A stretch of 11,074 bases of DNA, taken from positions 1 to 11,074 of the forward strand of contig JAEOTC010000174.1 in NCBI GenBank assembly GCA_016840035.1, written 5' to 3'. How positions within the stretch are numbered: the first letter of the stretch is position 1; every line of letters begins with the position of its first letter. Position numbers and translations under genes: made by a program. Shown here piece by piece: positions 1 through 6,980 of this stretch. The stretch comes from Candidatus Hodarchaeota archaeon (GTDB lineage Archaea; Asgardarchaeota; Heimdallarchaeia; Hodarchaeales; Hodarchaeaceae). The notes under the pieces were generated by a model. That model saw nothing but the letters and a program-made list of their open reading frames with translations. It did not search any database and was not told the origin of the DNA.

Positions 1-2
1 CC

Positions 3-149
3 AGAAAGAACAATGTTGGCTGGCGAATTGATTATTTTGTTATCAACAAAGAATTCAGGGAGCGACTGGAATCAGCTTTTATCTTAACTGATGTGATGGG
101 ATCAGATCATGCGCCAGTTGGAATAACGCTGCAGAACCGCCAACTATAG
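3..149 (+). CDS. xth: Exodeoxyribonuclease III / AP endonuclease (ExoIII/Xth family), 3' end only, truncated by the window edge
   Basis: Not in the ORF track. Manual translation of frame +3 gives [48 protein letters not shown], with the ExoIII C-terminal motifs GWRIDY and GSDHAP. Stop TAG at 147-149. Confidence 0.93.
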   Translation, partial: RKNNVGWRIDYFVINKEFRERLESAFILTDVMGSDHAPVGITLQNRQL

Positions 150-208
150 CAATACTTAACTGATTTTAGTCACACAAACTAATTTTTATTAATGTCAAAT
201 TATGATGA

Positions 209-224
209 CAAAAGTTTTTAAAAG
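209..224 (+). promoter_or_regulatory. Candidate archaeal BRE + TATA box for the 299..5914 genes
   Basis: CAAAAG followed by TTTTTAAAAG in the intergenic gap, about 75-85 nt upstream of ATG 299, with GGAG at 281-284. Motif match only, in AT-rich DNA. Confidence 0.4.
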
Positions 225-298
225 TGGTTAGGGATAAATTCAGAAGTTTGTTTGAAATCTTGGAAAATCATTGATTTAAAGGAGCTGGATTTATTCTT

Positions 299-1789
299 AT
301 GATCATTTCCAAGGCAAAATCTCCAAAACTGATTATATGCATAATTTTACTGGTGATCACTAGTTCCTTGGGAAAATGTTCGATACTTCAATCAATATCG
401 TCTGATGATAATAGAACGTCCAATCTATCATACCAATCAAGAGATCCTCTAAGATCAGGTTATCACTACTCATTAGCTAAAAATCAGTACGAAATTCGTA
501 CCCCCATTTACATCTCTAGTAACAATGATTTTGCCAGTCAAGGATTTCTTGGATCAGGTACTAGTGATGATCCTTATGTAATATCAGGTTTTTTTATTTC
601 TAAGCCCTCTGGTAACGTAATTGAAATCGCGGATGTTGATTCTTATTTCATTATACGTGATAATGAATTAAATGGAAAGGGAGGTCCTGAATGGGGTAAT
701 GGAATTGCTTTATTTAATACAAATCACGGAACTATTGAAAATAATATCATAACTAGTTGTAGTGCAAACGGAATATATCTACACCAAGCTGATAATACGC
801 TGATACTTAACAATAAGATCACTAGAAACAGTGTTGCCATTGGGATTGATACTGGTTCTGATAATACCATTGTGAAATTGAATACTTTCATTCGTCATGG
901 TGGAGCCTATGATAAGGGACTGAATAATGTATTTGAGTACAATTACTGGGATGATTGGACTAGCCCCGATACTAATAATGATGGAATTGTTGATGACCCC
1001 TATTCGTATATAGGAGGATCTGGAAAGAAAGATGATTTTCCTTTACCTTATCCTCATACACCTACGGAACCAATTCTAATTTATCCTAATGGAGGAGAGA
1101 CGTTAAATGGAACCATTGAGATACAATGGACACCTTCAAATGATTCATTCAACCATTCAGTCACCTACTCGGTTTATTACTCCGCTAATGACGGACTAAG
1201 TTGGAATACGCTTATTTCAAGCTTAAATTCGACTCATTATATTTGGAATACTACAACGTTGTCCTATGGTGAAAATTACAGGATAAGAGTCATTGCATAC
1301 TGTTCCATTGGTTCCACTTCTGAAGATGCATCTGAATATGCTTTTACAGTATCCAGTGGTTTCTCTCCACCGACCTTCGTACCCCCTAGCAGTCAAACTG
1401 TTCTCAGAGGTATTACCACAGTTAGATGGCTTCCACCAGAAGAATTGAGTGAACTTAATCTTAGTTACAGTGTTTTCTATTCTCCAGACAATGGAACTAC
1501 ATGGAATATGATTGCAAATTCAACAACTGCAAGCTATGCTTGGGATACTTCTACTATGAGGGATGGATCAGAATACAAAATCAAGATAGAAATGAAAACT
1601 CCTGGGGGATTAATAGTAGAGCTAATTTCTGATGATACCTTTACAATTGAGAATACTTCCAGCTTAATCGGTACTATAATTTTACCAATTCCTGTCTCAA
1701 TTGTGTTGTTTGGTTTGCTTTTTTGGTTAAACAGAAAGGTAGATCAAGTTGGAATGGAGGAAGAGAAAGTAATCACAAGCAAGGAATAA
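299..1789 (+). CDS. Membrane-anchored cell-surface protein: signal peptide, right-handed parallel beta-helix (NosD/CASH-like), two Ig/FN3-like domains, C-terminal TM anchor
   Basis: Basic then hydrophobic N-terminus. PIYISSNNDF..GSGTSDDPYVI cap, then beta-helix rungs (GIAL..TIENNII, GIYL..TLILNNKI). NYWDDW..DTNNDGIVDDPY is a DxxxDG-type motif typical of the end of NosD-like domains. Two ~95-aa beta-sandwich repeats (YPNGGE..IQW..YSVYYS). TM IILPIPVSIVLFGLLFWL, then NRK and a short charged tail. Confidence 0.85.
   Translation: MIISKAKSPKLIICIILLVITSSLGKCSILQSISSDDNRTSNLSYQSRDPLRSGYHYSLAKNQYEIRTPIYISSNNDFASQGFLGSGTSDDPYVISGFFISKPSGNVIEIADVDSYFIIRDNELNGKGGPEWGNGIALFNTNHGTIENNIITSCSANGIYLHQADNTLILNNKITRNSVAIGIDTGSDNTIVKLNTFIRHGGAYDKGLNNVFEYNYWDDWTSPDTNNDGIVDDPYSYIGGSGKKDDFPLPYPHTPTEPILIYPNGGETLNGTIEIQWTPSNDSFNHSVTYSVYYSANDGLSWNTLISSLNSTHYIWNTTTLSYGENYRIRVIAYCSIGSTSEDASEYAFTVSSGFSPPTFVPPSSQTVLRGITTVRWLPPEELSELNLSYSVFYSPDNGTTWNMIANSTTASYAWDTSTMRDGSEYKIKIEMKTPGGLIVELISDDTFTIENTSSLIGTIILPIPVSIVLFGLLFWLNRKVDQVGMEEEKVITSKE
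1070..1648 (+). repeat. Tandem duplicated Ig/FN3-like domain (about 100-aa period), each copy with an Asp-box-like motif
   Basis: GTIEIQW..YSVYYSANDGLSWN..YIWNTTT..GENYRIRV..SEYAFTV (1070-1351) aligns with GITTVRW..YSVFYSPDNGTTWN..YAWDTST..GSEYKIKI..SDDTFTI (1370-1648). Confidence 0.85.
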
Positions 1790-1807
1790 TTATATAATGT
1801 GAAGAAT

Positions 1808-4800
1808 ATGATAGGAAGAGTAGTCGAACCAATTTGTGAGTCGTGTGGCAAACCCTTGGAGAAGGGAATAAGTGGAAGCGGAGAAGAATATTTCGTTTGC
1901 TTGAACACAAAGTGTCAAGCACAGCGTTTGTCACGTATTGAATCACGACTTGAAACTATCGAACAATTGCTGGAAATCAAACCACTAATAACAGAGGAGA
2001 TTGTGAGTGTAACACCTGAAGTTCCCATAACCCCTGAAGCTGAATTAGAACCACCAATTGATATTATTCGAACTCTTCCTGATCTATCTTTAGAAGAGGG
2101 AAATTTTAGGTTTTATGCATTATTGAATCAATTGGGTGAATCTAAAACTCGTAAGCAAGCTAGGCAAACACGAGATAAGGTTGAATCGCTTCTTGAACAG
2201 ACAGCAAATGAAGAATTTTCTTCCCCTCAGCTCTTACGCCACTGGGCAGTTCTTATGGCTTATTCAGGTAAAACTTTCCTCGCAGCTCAAAGAATTCTAA
2301 AAGTAGGAGGTCCCCAACAAATTCCTCTCCTCGAAACTGTTATCGATCGGGCAAATTCGGTTCTACCACGGGGACAGAAGGAACTGGTTCCTGAACGATT
2401 CTATTCTCATTTACTCAACTGGGCGGAAAGAGAAGGACTATCTGAAACGACTTGTGGTATCTTGAAAGTTAACGCAGGTATTCTTCCTCCTCCAGTTGAA
2501 CCAGAAAGAATACCAGTGGTTGCTGCTATCAACGTACCAGTACCTATTACTCGAGAAGCTCCTCCTAGTCTGCCTATTAGTCCACCTGCTAAACCAATAA
2601 TTCGACCCCCAACGAAGAGTTGGATTGACAGATTTCGTCCAGAAGAAGGATGGGAGTTTACAATTGGTGCTAATTGGTTACGATGGGTTGGCGTTGGAAT
2701 TATCCTTTTTGCTATTTTTTTGTTGGTCGTATGGTCCGCTTCACAATTGGAACTTACTACTGCTGATATCGCACTTCTTGCGTTTGTTGGTCTTGTCCTT
2801 TCAGGAGTGATTCTCCATGGATTCTCATTTATTCTCTTAAGATTCAAAGAACGGAGCCAATATCTTCATCCAATCGCGTATTCTCTCGCTTTTCTAGCAC
2901 TAGGAATATATTATATTGCAATGTTTGCTCTTCGCTTCCATCCTTTCAGTCCCTTTGTAGCAAATGAGGTTTTATTTATCACCCTTTGCTTAGTGCTGGT
3001 TCTTGTCTCCGGAATCACTGCTTGGCGTCATAATACTAGTATTCTCTTTATAGAGGGATATGGCTTCGTTTTATGGCTATTTTGGCACTTGTCGTCTCAA
3101 ATTTTTGTCAATAATGTTGAGTCCCAGCTAACAATTTTCATCTGGCTGAGTTATATTGTTTTCATTAACGCTTTTTTGGCAATCGGGTATTTACGTAAGG
3201 ATATGGTTTTAACCATAAGCGTTCAATTACTTTCTCTTTCACTCCTATTCCTTCCTAATTCATCAGAAGTCTTTTCATATCCAATAATAGAGGATTTGCC
3301 AGATTTAAATGCTATGATCGTTTTATTAAGTTTCGTTAGTATTCTCTATTGGATTATTGGGTTTAGATTTCCATTAGATTCTCCTACTCAATTTTATGAA
3401 ATTATTAATCGTAACCACCTTTCGATTGCTTCAGCGACTCCAGTTTTTGCTAGCTTCTTCCTTTTAAGTTTCGAGAATATTTCTGGATCCGTCTTTATCC
3501 CCTTTGTTATTGTATTTACAATTGCTTTCTTGAGTTTAGCATATCTACATCAGGATCTTGGACTTGCTTTCCTTATCATTCTTTTAACACAATTACTGTG
3601 GTTGATATCAGTTGGAATTCGACATTTGATATCAACGACGACGACATTTCTCGACGATATTTATCTACAGAATATTCCAGAAATAAACGGTGTACTTACT
3701 ATATTATTATTCCTTACATTTGCATTTTGGGTCATTGCTCGCAGATTTCCATCTGATGAGGTTCCCTCCCGTTTTTGGGACTCTATTAATCGTCAGCATT
3801 TATCAATTGCAGCAGTGGGACCGATTTTCATAAGTTTTATCTTATCTTGGTTTGGTTTTATAACAACTACTATTTATGTTATGTACTTGGTTCTTTTTTG
3901 CATTCTTTGGAGTACTAATAGAATCATTACTTATAATATTCCTGATTTTCCTCTCCAGAATATTACTCTTTTTGATTTCGTGACTTATTCTGCTGCTGCT
4001 CTATTCTTAGTAATTATTGCTTTCAACCCTAATGATATTTTATTTGGAGGAATAATTGGTTTCATTGCTTTTCCGTCCTTAATTTTAATCAATCAAAACA
4101 TTTCTAGAATGTCCATTCAGGATCAAGAAATTAGAGAACTTTACACCATTGTTAACTGTTTATTTATCTCTGCTATTTTTTTGATATTGTCATGGAAGGA
4201 TAAGTTTTCTCAAGTTGGAGAAATAATTTTTGCTACTATTTCAGAGATAATACCAGGATTTGATTTTGATTTTTTGCAGTTTGGCTATAATTGGGCATTT
4301 TTGGGTTACCTATGGATAATTATTGTGAGTGTTACCACACTTAGGATATTTCAGTCTCATATAACCCGATTAATTTCAACATTCATTCTGGTTATGTTCT
4401 CTCCATCCACTATGTTTGTATATCTTGCATTCAACGATGTTTCTGACTTAATTCATCTATTATTTGTATTAGTTGGCTATATACATTTAATTGCCTTGTT
4501 GATCGTGTTTACTAGAAGAGTAGAGGTAACAATCAAACCTACATTTTATGAACATCTTGTATTCATCCCTGGTATTGCATTACTCCAGATAATAGGAAAC
4601 TCTCTAATCATGAGAACAATCCAAGATTGGAATATAATATTAACTATCTTAGTGAATTTCATTTTCCCCTTTTCAATAGGGTTTCTCATGGTTGTCCGAA
4701 GAAGCATTCAACACTTAGTTGACAGTTATCTTATTGTGTCTACCTCGATTTTTACATTCTTACAATTCATCTATTTAGATTCCAATCAGCAAGGTAATGC

Positions 4801-5914
4801 CTGGCTTCTTCAACTCACTTTTTTGGCGTTTGGTTTAATTTACCTATATACAAGGATTTATTTCGGCAAAGAGCAGTTACAATCTGCAAGCACATCACAT
4901 TCAATCTTAAAAATCATACTCCCGACACAAACATTTTCAAATAAAGAACAGATGGGTGTTAATCTGCTTATTCTTTGTGTTTTGGGGTTGATCAGCAACA
5001 CTTTGTGTTTTGTATTCTTCCCTACTGCTTGGAGTCCTACAGTAGTATTTCTAATATTTGATTCAATGGCTATTATCCCAATGGTGTTTGCAATAACCCT
5101 TCTAAAGATTAACTCACGAGTAGCTATAGTTAATACTCTTACATTGTATTCCAGCGGGATTATCCTTCGATTACCAATGATGAGTGCTTATGGATCGATT
5201 ATAACATACCTATCGTTACCTATTTTGACGGATTATAACATTTACCTATTTATTGGGCTAATATTCCAAGTAATTTTGCATTGTTTTTTGATTGTATTTA
5301 TTAAATCAGGGATATTTTCGATTTCTTCAACTGCTTATTGGCGATTTGAGTTGAAAGGTCGTAAGACATGGCCGCAAGATTCTCTTCGATTAATGCTTGT
5401 AATAAATCCGATTATTTTCTATCTTTATACCTCGGAACTCGTATTAAGATTTAGCGAAATCCTTGTCATAACAGAAATATTACGTTTGATTATGGTTATT
5501 TTTTCAATTCTAATAGCAATTTATTTTGTTGGTACAACAAGATTTAGTATGCCCACAATAGTCAGTGACAGTGGTTTATTGTTTTCTGTTCTTGTTGCTT
5601 GGTTATTTACGATTACATCTTTTGATCTATTTCTGATCTATTTCACAACAGCAGCAACAGCCTTCATTTGTATCCTCTATGGTTTTTGGATTAATAAAAG
5701 AGAATGGCGGATCTTAGGAATTCTTTCTATAGCTTCTAGCTTGGCTTACAGTGCAATTCAAATCGCGAACCTTGGTGAAGACATTCAAAGAATTCTGGGT
5801 TTCTTATTATTAGGTATCATCTCAGTTGTGATCGGTTTTGTATATTCGAAGTTTGCTAGTCGTTTCGTAACCAAAGAAGATAACGAGAAAATTTCTGATA
5901 TTAGCAAGACTTAA
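1808..5914 (+). CDS. Very large polytopic membrane protein, DUF2339-like, with N-terminal Cys4 zinc finger and Pro-rich soluble region
   Basis: ORF from GTG 1799 or, more likely, ATG 1808. CESC..CLNTKC, a short coiled coil and a Pro-rich linker precede WEFTIGANWLRWVGVGIILFAIFLLV. The C-terminus is YGFWINKREWRILGIL..RILGFLLLGIISVVIGFVYSKF. Both segments resemble the conserved ends of DUF2339 proteins (recognised by eye). Roughly 30 hydrophobic segments by visual count. Confidence 0.75.
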   Translation: MIGRVVEPICESCGKPLEKGISGSGEEYFVCLNTKCQAQRLSRIESRLETIEQLLEIKPLITEEIVSVTPEVPITPEAELEPPIDIIRTLPDLSLEEGNFRFYALLNQLGESKTRKQARQTRDKVESLLEQTANEEFSSPQLLRHWAVLMAYSGKTFLAAQRILKVGGPQQIPLLETVIDRANSVLPRGQKELVPERFYSHLLNWAEREGLSETTCGILKVNAGILPPPVEPERIPVVAAINVPVPITREAPPSLPISPPAKPIIRPPTKSWIDRFRPEEGWEFTIGANWLRWVGVGIILFAIFLLVVWSASQLELTTADIALLAFVGLVLSGVILHGFSFILLRFKERSQYLHPIAYSLAFLALGIYYIAMFALRFHPFSPFVANEVLFITLCLVLVLVSGITAWRHNTSILFIEGYGFVLWLFWHLSSQIFVNNVESQLTIFIWLSYIVFINAFLAIGYLRKDMVLTISVQLLSLSLLFLPNSSEVFSYPIIEDLPDLNAMIVLLSFVSILYWIIGFRFPLDSPTQFYEIINRNHLSIASATPVFASFFLLSFENISGSVFIPFVIVFTIAFLSLAYLHQDLGLAFLIILLTQLLWLISVGIRHLISTTTTFLDDIYLQNIPEINGVLTILLFLTFAFWVIARRFPSDEVPSRFWDSINRQHLSIAAVGPIFISFILSWFGFITTTIYVMYLVLFCILWSTNRIITYNIPDFPLQNITLFDFVTYSAAALFLVIIAFNPNDILFGGIIGFIAFPSLILINQNISRMSIQDQEIRELYTIVNCLFISAIFLILSWKDKFSQVGEIIFATISEIIPGFDFDFLQFGYNWAFLGYLWIIIVSVTTLRIFQSHITRLISTFILVMFSPSTMFVYLAFNDVSDLIHLLFVLVGYIHLIALLIVFTRRVEVTIKPTFYEHLVFIPGIALLQIIGNSLIMRTIQDWNIILTILVNFIFPFSIGFLMVVRRSIQHLVDSYLIVSTSIFTFLQFIYLDSNQQGNAWLLQLTFLAFGLIYLYTRIYFGKEQLQSASTSHSILKIILPTQTFSNKEQMGVNLLILCVLGLISNTLCFVFFPTAWSPTVVFLIFDSMAIIPMVFAITLLKINSRVAIVNTLTLYSSGIILRLPMMSAYGSIITYLSLPILTDYNIYLFIGLIFQVILHCFLIVFIKSGIFSISSTAYWRFELKGRKTWPQDSLRLMLVINPIIFYLYTSELVLRFSEILVITEILRLIMVIFSILIAIYFVGTTRFSMPTIVSDSGLLFSVLVAWLFTITSFDLFLIYFTTAATAFICILYGFWINKREWRILGILSIASSLAYSAIQIANLGEDIQRILGFLLLGIISVVIGFVYSKFASRFVTKEDNEKISDISKT
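3161..3900 (+). repeat. Internal tandem duplication (about 118-127 aa) within the membrane protein
   Basis: FINAFLAIGYLRKD..EDLPDLN..YWIIGFRFPLD-SPTQFYEIINRNHLSIASATPVFASF aligns with FTIAFLSLAYLHQD..QNIPEIN..FWVIARRFPSDEVPSRFWDSINRQHLSIAAVGPIFISF. The INRxHLSIA copies start at 3404 and 3785. Confidence 0.85.
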
Positions 5915-6105
5915 AATAATCAAAATTGAAAGATTAAAACCTTATTATCTATCTACAACAATTGTTCACTCTTTATTACAAAAAATAATCCTTTTCCTAT
6001 ACAGGTTGGCATTTGGCCAAGTCAGAAAGAATTTTCAGCTATTCGTTTTCTAATCATCCGGAAACCTGAATTAAATCGGTTCCATAGTTAGGAGAATAAT
6101 ACCTC

Positions 6106-6921
6106 ATGTCAGACGTAGTAGAAACCAAGAATATTCAAATTACATCCGACAATATTTTTGAAATTATCAACAACCGTAGATCAATTCGTAAATTCACAGA
6201 AAAACCCATCACAGATGATGTTCTGGAAAAAATATTAGGAGCAGGGATTCGAGCACCTTTCGCTGCTCAATTGTATAGTATTGTGTACACTCGTGATCCA
6301 GAAAAGATGAAGAAACTGAAAATAGGTACTTATTCATCCACACAACTGTTGATGATTTTTTTTGTAGATTTTCGGAAAATAGAGATGATTATAAACCAAA
6401 GAAACTATAATTATGATTATGATGACGGGATGCTTTTATGGTTGGGCCTTCAAGATGCCTCATTAGTAGCAGAAAATTTAATTCTAGCATCAGAGGCTTA
6501 CGGACTCGGATCGGTGCTTCTAGGTACCGCTCCTTTACAAGCAGATCTTATCGCTGAAGTTTTTAATATTCCATCAAGAGTATTCCCCGTAGTAGGGTTA
6601 TGTTTAGGTTATCCTGATACTTCTTTTGAAACAGATGTTAGACCTCGTTATCCTTTGAAATATACTGCCTTTGAAGACTCTTATGCTGATCTTTCGGAAC
6701 AAGAAATTCAGGAATGTATGAAATCTATGGATAAAGGGTATATAACTCAAGGATACTATATCAAATTACAAGCGAAAGTTCCCTTAAAGAAAGGAAAAGA
6801 TCCTATTGGTTATGACAAATATTCTTGGTCGGAACATCAAAGTAGGAAATATTCTCAAGGAAGCTGGAAAAAAGAACCATTACTCGCCATTCTTAAACGA
6901 CACGGCTTTAATCTTGATTAA
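6106..6921 (+). CDS. Nitroreductase family flavoprotein (NfsA/FRP-like NAD(P)H-dependent FMN oxidoreductase)
   Basis: RRSIRKF, DASLVAENLILASEAYGLGSVLLG, PVVGLCLGYP and RPRYP motifs, plus an NfsA-like C-terminal extension (WSEH..LKRHGF). GGAG at 6091-6094. Confidence 0.92.
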   Translation: MSDVVETKNIQITSDNIFEIINNRRSIRKFTEKPITDDVLEKILGAGIRAPFAAQLYSIVYTRDPEKMKKLKIGTYSSTQLLMIFFVDFRKIEMIINQRNYNYDYDDGMLLWLGLQDASLVAENLILASEAYGLGSVLLGTAPLQADLIAEVFNIPSRVFPVVGLCLGYPDTSFETDVRPRYPLKYTAFEDSYADLSEQEIQECMKSMDKGYITQGYYIKLQAKVPLKKGKDPIGYDKYSWSEHQSRKYSQGSWKKEPLLAILKRHGFNLD

Positions 6922-6980
6922 CTTCTCAAGGAAAAGTCTGAAGATGAAGATTGAGGATTTAAAAAGGAGATTTTGGAACA

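Noticed and set aside
1730-1789. Cytoplasmic tail EEEKVITSKE as a eukaryote-like dileucine or dilysine sorting signal
   Set aside because: Does not match [DE]xxxL[LI], KKxx or KxKxx.
2407-2847. 146-aa minus-strand ORF and 61-aa + strand ORF 2625..2810
   Set aside because: Both lie entirely within the large membrane protein gene. The Gly-rich content of the minus ORF mirrors the Pro codons on the sense strand, and neither has recognisable motifs.
5930-6091. Stop-free reading frame across the intergenic gap (..PIQVGIWPSQKEF..RFHS*)
   Set aside because: No ATG/GTG/TTG start and no recognisable similarity, so it is not called as a gene or pseudogene.
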